Source: Phnomibacter ginsenosidimutans (GTDB lineage: Bacteria; Bacteroidota; Bacteroidia; Chitinophagales; Chitinophagaceae). Taken from it: a DNA stretch of 32,000 bases. The position numbers and the translations under genes were made by a program. The notes beneath the pieces are model-generated. The model saw only the letters and a list, made by a program, of their open reading frames with translations, was not told where the DNA came from and made no database searches. The number at the start of each line of letters is the position of its first letter. Positions within the stretch are counted from its first letter, which is position 1. Below are positions 17,389 through 26,190 of this stretch, piece by piece. The stretch is from the NCBI RefSeq assembly GCF_009740285.1, contig NZ_CP046566.1:3044658-3076657 (forward strand). Reading direction: 5' to 3'.

Positions 17389-19290
17389 ATGCCAATAGAA
17401 AAAAAGCTTCCAATGCTCTCGAAATCCGATTATCAACTTGCCTCTGGTTGTGCTAAGAAACTGGTATATAAAAAAGAGGGTTATCCAACGACTAATGACA
17501 CGAATGAATACATGGAAATGCTTGCACAAGGGGGCTACATTGTCGGAAAGATGGCCACTTTATATTATGAAGATGGAATAGAGATTGAAGGAACTACAAA
17601 AGAATGCGTTCAGCAAACACTCGAACTATTGAAACAGGATCATGTAACACTTTTTGAAGCGGCTATTCAAAGCGGTCAAAAAATTGTCCGAATTGATATC
17701 CTCATTAAAAGGGGTCAGGAGTTGCAATTGATTGAAGTAAAGTCAAAGTCCTATGCTTCAAACGATCCCAAGTCGATCAAGCAGTTGGATACATACATTG
17801 AAGATGTCGCCTACCAATATCACGTACTGTCAGAACAGTATCCAAATCACAATATTTCCAGTTTTCTTTTCTTACCCGACAAATGTTTGTATACCGAAAT
17901 TGATGGGTTAGCAGGATGGTTTTCAATTGAACCGAACATATCTGAAATAGAAGATGAAAACCCAGATATCATCACGCAACAGCAAACAAGATTTAAAAAA
18001 CCTGTTGTACGTTTCAAATACGAGCATCACCAAGTTAAGGAGTACTATGTAGCATTTTTGAAACGTCATAGAATACTGACACAACTCAACATAACAGATC
18101 AAGTTAAAGCCTTGCAACCAGTTGTCGAACAAAAGGCTGCTAGATACTTGAGGATTCTGAACCAGGGAATAGCCAATGAGGACTTTAAGATTTCGAAGGA
18201 TTGTAAAGCATGTGAGTTCAACACACCTAACGAATCTCAGAATGGATATGCTGAATGCTGGGGAAACATAGCTTATCAGGACCATCATATTTTCGACTTG
18301 TTTTTTGGCGGCGCTGTAAAAAATACACAGAAAGAATACTACTGGAATGAATTAATCAATCAGGAAAAAACACATCTGTTTGATATCGATACAGCTGTTT
18401 TGCGTGGAGACAAAGACGAATTGGGCAAAAGGGCTCATAGGCAGCTTTTACAAATACAAAAGACAAAAGAGAATACAGAATGGAAATCGGAAGCTTTACA
18501 CTCCTTTATTGATTCACTGAAGTATCCATTACATTTTATTGATTTCGAAACGTATACTGGCTCAGTTCCCTTTCACAAGAACATGCGTCCTTATGAAATA
18601 ATCGCATTTCAATGGAGTTGTCACACGATTCCATACAAAGGCGCAACTCCAATACACAAAGAATGGATACACACTGGTTCGCAATTTCCTGATTCAAATG
18701 CTTTTCCCAATATTGAATTTGCCAGAGCATTGATGAAACATATTGGATATACGGGCACAGCTTTTATGTGGGCAACACATGAAAACACTGTTTTGTCAGC
18801 AATACTTAACCAAATAGTTAACAGCGACAATAAGGATCCTGAATTAGAGAAATGGCTAACAGACATCACCAGTGATAAAGCCAGCAAACGCAAAGGCCGC
18901 CTGATTGATATGAATCAACTCACCATCCAATATTATTTCCACCCATACATGAAGGGTCGGACTTCAATTAAAAAAGTACTGCCGGCAATATGGAGCCATT
19001 TCCCATACCTGCATCAGGTTCCTCATTTTTCTAAATATTCACCTGACAACTGGAATACTGGGATTATAGATCCTTACGACAACTTGAAAGCGTTAAACAA
19101 CGTAGAAGATATAGATAGCGATGATGTTGTGGCTGGAGGAACTGATGCCATGCGAGCCTATCAAAGAATCCGTTTTGACAGCAACCTTTCTCAAACCCAG
19201 AGAGCCTCCATCAGAAATCAACTTCTCGAATATTGTAAGCTAGACACCATGGCGATGGTAATAATTGCGTATCACTGGGGAATCAGATAA
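17389..19290 (+). CDS. DUF2779-family protein with an N-terminal PD-(D/E)XK (Cas4/RecB-like) nuclease motif
   Basis: 633 aa. MLSKSDYQLASGCAKKL..., RIDILIKRG...LQLIEVKSKSY (D...E-x-K) and YPLHFIDFETY...PFHKNMRPYEIIAFQWSCH match my recollection of DUF2779 proteins. Confidence 0.65.
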   Translation: MPIEKKLPMLSKSDYQLASGCAKKLVYKKEGYPTTNDTNEYMEMLAQGGYIVGKMATLYYEDGIEIEGTTKECVQQTLELLKQDHVTLFEAAIQSGQKIVRIDILIKRGQELQLIEVKSKSYASNDPKSIKQLDTYIEDVAYQYHVLSEQYPNHNISSFLFLPDKCLYTEIDGLAGWFSIEPNISEIEDENPDIITQQQTRFKKPVVRFKYEHHQVKEYYVAFLKRHRILTQLNITDQVKALQPVVEQKAARYLRILNQGIANEDFKISKDCKACEFNTPNESQNGYAECWGNIAYQDHHIFDLFFGGAVKNTQKEYYWNELINQEKTHLFDIDTAVLRGDKDELGKRAHRQLLQIQKTKENTEWKSEALHSFIDSLKYPLHFIDFETYTGSVPFHKNMRPYEIIAFQWSCHTIPYKGATPIHKEWIHTGSQFPDSNAFPNIEFARALMKHIGYTGTAFMWATHENTVLSAILNQIVNSDNKDPELEKWLTDITSDKASKRKGRLIDMNQLTIQYYFHPYMKGRTSIKKVLPAIWSHFPYLHQVPHFSKYSPDNWNTGIIDPYDNLKALNNVEDIDSDDVVAGGTDAMRAYQRIRFDSNLSQTQRASIRNQLLEYCKLDTMAMVIIAYHWGIR

Positions 19291-19892
19291 GTCCCCAAGA
19301 CAAAAGCAACTCAATAAAACTCTGAGCTGTGTCAGCAGAGCGACTGCCTGAAAGCCGGAGCGTACAGGCCCGCAGCTGAGGGTGGCCAGCCGGCGGCGCA
19401 CAAAAAAGCGGTGGAGGCCCGATGGCTGTAGCCGTGCCTATCCTGCAGTGCAGCGACCGCTGACTGCAGCTGTAGTGAGAGTGGAGCCAACGAAGCCTGG
19501 CCAATGGATGGGTATTGTGCGGTGGGCTTGGCAGGCGCAGTGCAGCGAAACGGAACGGAAGCGAAAGGAAGTAAGGGGGCCAACCAAGGTAGGCTGGGCT
19601 GCAGCCAGAAAGGGCCGGACGGCGGCGACCTGAGGGCTGCCAAAAACCATGACAGCCTTCGGAGCTTGCGGAGCACCCGCAGGGCAGCATGGCTCTGCTG
19701 CACAAAGCTGCGTGTGTTGGCCTGCAAAAGTGCCATGCCGGGCTGGCGAGGTTTTTGTTGGCCGACCGATGAAAGACCGCCGACCTTTTGTAAGGACACA
19801 CTCCTGCCCACACTATCCCAGCAGCATAGAGCGACGAAATGTTTGGGTAAGAAAAAGGAAAGATTTGGTAAAGTAAAAAACGATGGGGACTT
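19291..19892. other. GC-rich, apparently non-coding block (candidate large structured RNA or degraded foreign DNA)
   Basis: G+C rises sharply by eye. ORFs overlap on both strands in several frames, and none has protein-like composition. Local hairpins: CTGCAGT-N13-ACTGCAG (19443-19469) and GCAGCA-tggctc-TGCTGC (19684-19701). Direct repeat GCAGTGCAGCGA at 19445 and 19537. AAGTCCCCA (19289-19297) is complementary to TGGGGACTT (19884-19892). Confidence 0.4.
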
Positions 19893-20020
19893 TTATAGCA
19901 ACGTATTTGTATTATCGAAAGATTTAATAGCTGAAAACTTTCAGCTATTATGATTTGTACACCAACTTTGGTGACAGTACAAAATGATAAATTGTAAATT
20001 GAAAAAAACGAACAAATTTT

Positions 20021-20479
20021 ATGAGAGTTCTTTTGTTTATAGTAGTTATCATCACTTCTATTTCTTGCAACAATTCAAGTAGTGAAAAACAAATACCAAA
20101 CAAAACTAATCGAGAATCAATACGACAGGATATAATAGGCATTTGGGAGCTTTTTAAAAGAAGCTACAAACCAACCGAGGAGCCAAAACTTGTAGAGCCA
20201 AATGATAAAGAATATTTAGAAATAAAAAATGACGGGACTTGCCAGCATGGAAGATATGAAGCAAAATGGTTTTTATCCTATACTGACGACTTTATTATTG
20301 ACTCAACTTCAAAAGTATTTTTTACCGAGTTGACTTATCTCAGTCCTAATTCATGGGGTGAATACGACAGAACAATTAAACCATACCAAATCAAGGTGAC
20401 CACTGAAAACAACATTAAATATCTTTATATAACATCACTTAAATCGTCAGACACTAGAGTTTATATAAGAAAAAACTAA
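20021..20479 (+). CDS. Hypothetical lipoprotein
   Basis: 152 aa. Signal peptide plus lipobox: MRVLLFIVVIITSISC. Confidence 0.6.
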   Translation: MRVLLFIVVIITSISCNNSSSEKQIPNKTNRESIRQDIIGIWELFKRSYKPTEEPKLVEPNDKEYLEIKNDGTCQHGRYEAKWFLSYTDDFIIDSTSKVFFTELTYLSPNSWGEYDRTIKPYQIKVTTENNIKYLYITSLKSSDTRVYIRKN

Positions 20480-20679
20480 GCCAGTGTACAACTGACGGTT
20501 TTGCGACAGCAAGTCCGATGGGAAGAAGCCATAACTTTTGCACTACTATGGGCTACAAATCGGGCTTGTACCTAAACTGATGAAAAGCAAAATATGTTCT
20601 TATCTTTTGAAACTTTTAACAGCAATAGAAGCAGGCAGGACATTTTTCAAATGCTTTTCAAAATGTAAAATTATGACTG

Positions 20680-20979
20680 TTATAAAGTCACAGAAAATCT
20701 AATTTGATTCTTTTCAAATTTCAGATTTACAATAAACCCATCCGTTTCACCCATTAACAGGTATTTGCCAACGGGTATACGGTGCCTGGCTTCTCTGCTG
20801 TAGTTACAATCAATGATACCGGAGGCTTGAAAGCGAAGTGAATCTGTGGGGTGTTCTACTATTCGGTAGATGGTGTATTTCACAAAGCATTTTTCAGAGG
20901 TGATGATGAGTTCATCGGAGGCGGTAAGAGTTGGTTTGCTGCAGGAAAGCAGCAAACCAATGACGAAGATGTATTTCAT
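20680..20979 (-). CDS. Hypothetical small lipoprotein
   Basis: 99 aa. MKYIFVIGLLLSCSK is a lipobox-type signal peptide. Confidence 0.5.
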   Translation of the reverse strand: MKYIFVIGLLLSCSKPTLTASDELIITSEKCFVKYTIYRIVEHPTDSLRFQASGIIDCNYSREARHRIPVGKYLLMGETDGFIVNLKFEKNQIRFSVTL

Positions 20980-20991
20980 GTGTGGGTGTGA

Positions 20992-21216
20992 TTATTGATG
21001 AAAACGGATGGTGTCGGGCATGGGGCGTTTGACGATGCCCAAATCGAGTTGCTTGCCCATGAAACTGCACCGCATGATGAGTTTGCCTTTGGGCAAGAGA
21101 AAGGTTAAGGAATCGGGGCTGGCCACACCAGCAATGAGCATGGGCAATCTCCTACCCTGTTCATCAAAAAATGTGAAGCTGAAAGGCGGATGGTTTTGAT
21201 TGAGGTACACCCGCAT
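20992..21216 (-). CDS. Hypothetical small protein, possibly the mature part of a frameshifted secreted protein
   Basis: MRVYLNQNHPPFSFTFFDEQGRRLPMLIAGVASPDSLTFLLPKGKLIMRCSFMGKQLDLGIVKRPMPDTIRFHQ looks protein-like. A good signal peptide (MKNVACSCIFLLLAFACSAQ, ATG at 21296) lies just upstream in a different frame. Confidence 0.35.
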   Translation of the reverse strand: MRVYLNQNHPPFSFTFFDEQGRRLPMLIAGVASPDSLTFLLPKGKLIMRCSFMGKQLDLGIVKRPMPDTIRFHQ

Positions 21217-21358
21217 GGATACACATTTGTTTTGGGTTGTGCTGAGCAGGCGAAAGCCAGCAGCAGAAAAATGCAAGAGCATGCAACGTTTTTCATAGTT
21301 TGTAATTGTGTGATGAGAGAATAGCAACAGTGCCGCAGCCATGCGGCGCTGTTTTTTT

Positions 21359-21871
21359 TTACCAGTAAATGCGGCATTCGAGGGCCGTAACACTCACGTA
21401 CATGGTTGGCTCCCGGGTTTGGATAATGAGTTGATCTCTCAACGCCACCCGCTGATACTGCACACTAATGAGAGAATAATCAACCAAGCTGAAAGCATCC
21501 CAGGCATGGTGAACTATATCATCCTGTAAACGGGCCAGCTCACTCGGGCAGCTGATTGGCCGCGGCGAAGCCGCAAAGCCAGCAAACAAGCCATTGTATT
21601 GCCAGGTGGCCGAACGGCCAGCATCGGCACAGGTAGCGTTGAGTTCGGCCAGAAAGCCATTGGCATTGCGGTAATACAGCCCGTAGCCATCTTGGTAGTA
21701 GCTGTACACAATGGGCAGCTTGATGGTGTAGAAACCAACAGCCGGCACTTGCCTCTCGCAGCTTTGTAAGGAAAATAACAGGCATAAAAAAGCCAGCATA
21801 TAGCTGGCGTAAATGAATTGGGCAAAGCGTTGCCCGGTGCCGCTTAGGGCACTGGATTGAGTGTGTTGCAT
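21359..21871 (-). CDS. Hypothetical lipoprotein
   Basis: 170 aa. A hydrophobic N-terminal region ends in the lipobox LFSLQSC. Confidence 0.5.
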   Translation of the reverse strand: MQHTQSSALSGTGQRFAQFIYASYMLAFLCLLFSLQSCERQVPAVGFYTIKLPIVYSYYQDGYGLYYRNANGFLAELNATCADAGRSATWQYNGLFAGFAASPRPISCPSELARLQDDIVHHAWDAFSLVDYSLISVQYQRVALRDQLIIQTREPTMYVSVTALECRIYW

Positions 21872-21987
21872 AACTGTGGTTTTATGGAATAAAGAAAAAA
21901 GACAGTGAACTAAGCCCTACCAAAACAAGTAAGGGATTGGTAAATGGATGGTAAGGTGTATTTTAGGAGTCTTAAATAGGTTTTTCA

Positions 21988-22017
21988 TTTTTAGCGCAAT
22001 CCAGATTGCGCTAAAAA
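21988..22017. promoter_or_regulatory. Perfect 13-bp inverted repeat TTTTTAGCGCAAT-ccag-ATTGCGCTAAAAA
   Basis: The stem AGCGCAAT/ATTGCGCT is flanked by T5 and A5, the shape of a bidirectional intrinsic terminator. However, it sits between divergently oriented genes at a composition junction, about 80 nt upstream of the ATPase gene. Confidence 0.45.
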
Positions 22018-22099
22018 TGGAATTGATTTTCAATGAATTTGGATTGTTGAATTTCCCCTATTTCTGAGTTGTGGCAATGCTTTTGGAACACTCTAAACT

Positions 22100-23698
22100 A
22101 TGACGAGAAATATGAAGACATATATACGTGGAATTGGTGTTCAAAATTTTAAAACTTATTCCAAATATCAATTTTGTAAATTTTCCTCCATTTCATTCCT
22201 TATTGGGAAAAATGGTGTCGGAAAATCCTCTTTTCTACAAGCAGCTCAATTCATCTTTAAATATCTTAAAAACCCAACGGCATTTAGATACTTTCCTGAC
22301 GATGATTTTCAGATGATTAAAAATGAAAAAGTTGTAAATGATGAGGTTTTCTCAGACAATTTTACTCATCTTACTCAATTCATAAACGATACGTCTAAAC
22401 CTTTGATAATTGACCTATTGATAGATTTTGGATTTGAAAACGACAAGTTTGTAATTAGCCAATTAAAGTATCGGTTCGTCTTTATCGTTATGACACTAGA
22501 CGATGAACAATATTTATTCCTTGATGAATTAAATCTATTTGATACTGAAACAAATGACCTTTTGTTTACAAACAATTACAAGCAACATAATGAAAGCTAT
22601 AATATAAACCTTACAAAAGAAGGCAGAGTTTTTTTATTGACATCGTTCTTAAAATATATCAACAAAGAAGATTTGCCAAAGCCAACCAGAGGCAACTTAA
22701 ATGTGCTATTGGGAAAAGAAACTATAAATGATAATAAGAACTCATTAAAGACAAAGTTTGGTCACCTTGAAAAGCAATTTCTATATGAAATTGATGAAAT
22801 TGAATTTTCATCTCCAAAACAGAGGTTTATGCCTGAACATGGGTTGGAGCCAGGCGCTATTCTTACAGAGGTTAATCTTTTTAATGATGAAATCACAAGT
22901 TATTTCTCAAACTGCTCTCACGAATTAAAGGAAGTGCTAAATCTAACTTATCAAGGTATAAAAGACAGCTTCCAATTAAACTCAAAAAAGTTGCAAGAAA
23001 TTGAAACAATTAAAATATCAGAAATCAGTAGTAGGAAAAGGACTTTAAACAAAGATGAAGTGTATTTAAAATGCTTTTCTAACCCTAATTCAATAGAAGA
23101 CGAGTTCTTAATTAATAATCTCAAACGCTTTCATTTTAAAGGGGTCCCTGAGATATTGCTGATTTCTAAGGACGACAAAAAATATAAAGCTGTATTAACT
23201 TCTGACCAAGCAACGAAAATAAACTTGATTGATGAGGGAAGCGGTTATTGGACGCTAACCTACTTAATACTTATATTAGGAAACAAGGTGAACAAGAATA
23301 AAATTATACTTATTGAAGAACCAGAAACATTTCTTCATCCAAATTTTCAAGCGAATTTAGCAGACTTGTTTATTGAAGCAACAGAAAAATTTGGTTTACA
23401 ACTTATCATAGAAACCCATAGTGAATACTTAGTCAAAAGGTTGCAAAGACGTATTTCACAAACACATAGAAAAGACAAGCTAAAAACTAATCTAATTGAA
23501 GAACAAGAACCCATTCCATATGATATATTTCCTTCTGACATTTCAATAAACTACATCCATGATGAGAAATCATCAAATGATATAATAAACATTCAGATTG
23601 ATAAAGACGGCGATTTGGATAGACCTTTCCCTACTGACTTTATGGACGTTTCAATCAATGAAGATTTATTGTTCTTCAAACTAAAGAATTTAAACTGA
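22100..23698 (+). CDS. ABC/OLD-like AAA ATPase (AAA_15/AAA_21 class)
   Basis: 532 aa. Motifs seen: Walker A LIGKNGVGKSS, Walker B / D-loop IILIEEPETFLHP, and His-switch IIETHSEYLVKRLQ. The C-terminal tail (~70 aa) is uncharacterised. Confidence 0.8.
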   Translation: MTRNMKTYIRGIGVQNFKTYSKYQFCKFSSISFLIGKNGVGKSSFLQAAQFIFKYLKNPTAFRYFPDDDFQMIKNEKVVNDEVFSDNFTHLTQFINDTSKPLIIDLLIDFGFENDKFVISQLKYRFVFIVMTLDDEQYLFLDELNLFDTETNDLLFTNNYKQHNESYNINLTKEGRVFLLTSFLKYINKEDLPKPTRGNLNVLLGKETINDNKNSLKTKFGHLEKQFLYEIDEIEFSSPKQRFMPEHGLEPGAILTEVNLFNDEITSYFSNCSHELKEVLNLTYQGIKDSFQLNSKKLQEIETIKISEISSRKRTLNKDEVYLKCFSNPNSIEDEFLINNLKRFHFKGVPEILLISKDDKKYKAVLTSDQATKINLIDEGSGYWTLTYLILILGNKVNKNKIILIEEPETFLHPNFQANLADLFIEATEKFGLQLIIETHSEYLVKRLQRRISQTHRKDKLKTNLIEEQEPIPYDIFPSDISINYIHDEKSSNDIINIQIDKDGDLDRPFPTDFMDVSINEDLLFFKLKNLN

Positions 23699-23699
23699 A

Positions 23700-24536
23700 A
23701 TGGAAGCACATTGCATCAAGGTGGCCATAGACAAAGAATGCATCACCAACGAACTTACTAAAAATGGAAATATAGGATTAAATGATATAACCGACCTATT
23801 CGTGGGAAAAAAGGTTAAGTATTATACAACTTTTACTAATCAATCAGAACATTACAGAATTTTAAGTTCGCTTACAAAGTCATTATCAAATGAAGAACAA
23901 TTCCTTCAATTAAAACTCAGAAATTTCAGTAATGGCCAAGAAATAATTGAAATGATACTGAACGGTATTGTAAGTAAAGAAAATATTGAATTATTACCTG
24001 ACATCATTATTTCAAATGATGAGAAACTCCAAAAATCTTCAAACAAGTTTGGTGTTTTTTTTATAAATCATTTGTCTTTAAAGTATCCAGACAAAGCAAA
24101 ACTGTCCATTAGAAAAATAGGCGAATATTTCAACATGACAGAGCAGTTGCCTTTTTGGAAAATTAGAATTGAAGACAGATACCTCATAAGAAACATTTGC
24201 ACTATCCGTGATGCAGAATTACTATTTGACACTTTAAATATTGGTGATAAACATTGCTTAATCGAATTCTATTATTCAGGTAACGATTATGACTACAAAG
24301 GTTCAAACCATAGTGAGTTTATTGATAAAACCGAAAGAAATAAACGTATTGAATTTCTAAAAACTATTGGTAAGAAACATATATTGAAATTTTACCCAAA
24401 AGCAGGGCATGACAGATATCTCTGTACTAATAGCTCACTTTATATTTTTGGCAACTCTATTACGTCGGACAAAGAGACACACATTACTTATTATCCACTA
24501 ATTGAGTATTACAATGAGTATTTCAATATACAATAG
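23700..24536 (+). CDS. Hypothetical protein coupled to the ATPase; C-terminal H-D-R-Y motif reminiscent of PLD-like/MIT_C-type modules
   Basis: 278 aa, starting 1 nt after the ATPase stop. The C-terminal KFYPKAGHDRYLCTNSSLYIFGNSI resembles the hHDR[FY]... motif seen at the C-termini of several defence-associated proteins. This assignment is weak. Confidence 0.6.
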   Translation: MEAHCIKVAIDKECITNELTKNGNIGLNDITDLFVGKKVKYYTTFTNQSEHYRILSSLTKSLSNEEQFLQLKLRNFSNGQEIIEMILNGIVSKENIELLPDIIISNDEKLQKSSNKFGVFFINHLSLKYPDKAKLSIRKIGEYFNMTEQLPFWKIRIEDRYLIRNICTIRDAELLFDTLNIGDKHCLIEFYYSGNDYDYKGSNHSEFIDKTERNKRIEFLKTIGKKHILKFYPKAGHDRYLCTNSSLYIFGNSITSDKETHITYYPLIEYYNEYFNIQ

Positions 24537-24737
24537 CACATGCCACCAACAAAAGGTTTGCCGCAAGGCTGGCGGACGGAATAACAATCGGCAGTTATAC
24601 TACTATCAACTAATATCGGGCTTGACCGAATGCTATTTGGCTTTTAGTTGTTAACTTCATCAACAGTTTTTTAATCGGCTTCAGTTACCGGGCAGACACA
24701 GCAATAAACCCAGCCCTGCGGCAAGCCTCGAACGTTA

Positions 24738-25034
24738 TTATTCTCTCCAACTAACATACCCACTCACCATTTGCAGCTTTCGGACATGCAGTTGGTGATG
24801 TAAATAACTGAGCCTTGCTTGCAAGGCTTTTTTATTGTTGTACGGTGGTTTGAGTTGTTGTAAAGATGTGCGGAGTTTGGCAATGGTACTGGTGGCTTGT
24901 TCTTTGGTGGCGAGGTCGGGGCTGCTGAGGTTTTGGGTGGCGGCAGTGAGTAGGGTTTGTAAAGCCTGTTGCTGGTTCAGGTAGGCCGCTTGCTCCTGGT
25001 TGGCTTTGGCAATTTCCAGCTGTAGCAATGCCAT
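24738..25034 (-). CDS. Possible small coiled-coil protein (low confidence)
   Basis: 98 aa, Q/L/A-rich with a heptad-like pattern. It has no recognisable family and an overlapping alternative ORF. Confidence 0.25.
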   Translation of the reverse strand: MALLQLEIAKANQEQAAYLNQQQALQTLLTAATQNLSSPDLATKEQATSTIAKLRTSLQQLKPPYNNKKALQARLSYLHHQLHVRKLQMVSGYVSWRE

Positions 25035-25176
25035 GTCCTTTTACACCAGCATCAATGCTGTCTACATTGCTAAACGTAAACACCAGACCGAATATATGTT
25101 CTACTTCTACTAAATTTTAATTGCACAACTGCGAAAGCAAAAGCCCTGATTACCTAGAATAACGCATGGCAGTAAT

Positions 25177-26064
25177 TTATTTAAATAACAATGCCTTCGG
25201 CCTTGTAAAAATATCATCATCGGTCAGCTTTACTCTCCAGGTAGCACAGTTGAGCACCCCACCCTTCTTGGCTAATTCCGGACAAACAATGCCAATAATT
25301 TGTCGGCCGCCGAAGACATCCTGATAAGAAATATCTGCTTCCATATCCTCGAAAGTGCCAAACAGGGGCATGAAGATGTATGGCCCTACTTCCAGATAGT
25401 TGAGGTAGCAGCCGGTGGCATCATAAGCGTCTTTGTTTTTCCAGGCGTAGTAAGGAAAAGTGCGGCAATGCAAGCCTGCGTTGTGCAGGCTCCACCGCAA
25501 GGCAAGGCCAAAATCACGGTACGGTGCTGTGTTGGGATAATGGTTGACCAACACGGTGTTTTCGTCGAGAAATCGCACCATGCTATCGGCATGACCAATA
25601 GGATCGTTCGGTTCTTGTGGAATGACGATGAGTTGGTCCACTTTGAGCTGTGCTTTGATTTCTTGCTTCAAAGCATATTCGTGCCATCCTTCGTTTTCCT
25701 TGAATATTTTGGTGGTTACAATCGCTTTGTTGCCGCAGGAAACCACATTCCCTCCATCCAGTTTTATGGTGAGTGGCGTAGCCCGCAATTCAATGGCTTC
25801 ACAAATCGCTTTGGTATTCGAAATGGTCTTTTGCCACTTTTTTGCTTGCAGGTAATCCGGATTGTATTTGTAATGCACAAAATAATCGTCCTTGGTCTGC
25901 AACGGCATAAAGTCGGTTACCCAAATATCCTTGCAACCAGGAATCAATCCGTGATGTATACCATACCTCTCGAATTGAAACACCAATCGTCGGTAGATAT
26001 CCGGAAATTGCACAGAAAAAAGATCGGCCAAAAAAACGGCATTGCATTCTGCGTTCGCAATCAT
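25177..26064 (-). CDS. Agmatine deiminase / Porphyromonas-type peptidyl-arginine deiminase family protein
   Basis: 295 aa. IWVTDFMPL, LDGGNV, GHADSMVRF, NYLEVGPYIFMPLFG and KGGVLNCATW occur in the order of the guanidino-modifying-enzyme motifs (DxWxRD, GGN, GHxD, GGxxHC). Confidence 0.7.
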   Translation of the reverse strand: MIANAECNAVFLADLFSVQFPDIYRRLVFQFERYGIHHGLIPGCKDIWVTDFMPLQTKDDYFVHYKYNPDYLQAKKWQKTISNTKAICEAIELRATPLTIKLDGGNVVSCGNKAIVTTKIFKENEGWHEYALKQEIKAQLKVDQLIVIPQEPNDPIGHADSMVRFLDENTVLVNHYPNTAPYRDFGLALRWSLHNAGLHCRTFPYYAWKNKDAYDATGCYLNYLEVGPYIFMPLFGTFEDMEADISYQDVFGGRQIIGIVCPELAKKGGVLNCATWRVKLTDDDIFTRPKALLFK

Positions 26065-26190
26065 ACTAAAAGCGTTTTACAGCAGCTTCTTATCGATACG
26101 CACAAATGGAAAAACCACGACCACTAAAACTGCATACACCAAAGATCCTCGCACAGATAGCAATGTATTTGCAATGTGATTCAATCTGCT

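Noticed and set aside
19291-19892. RNase P RNA, tmRNA or group II intron identity for the GC-rich block
   Set aside because: On either strand I could not find the conserved GGAAAGUCCGG P4 element, tmRNA-type termini, or the GUGYG 5' end with a domain V signature. No adjacent RT, IscB or TnpB gene is present.
19283-19953. Seven overlapping ORFs (70-176 aa) on both strands in the GC-rich block
   Set aside because: They are mutually exclusive and have Arg/Ala/Pro/Cys/Trp-rich non-protein-like composition. Open frames are expected by chance in GC-rich DNA, so I treated the block as non-coding.
25300-26127. 275-aa plus-strand ORF
   Set aside because: It is antisense to the agmatine-deiminase-family CDS, which carries ordered family motifs. 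The antisense translation has no recognisable features.
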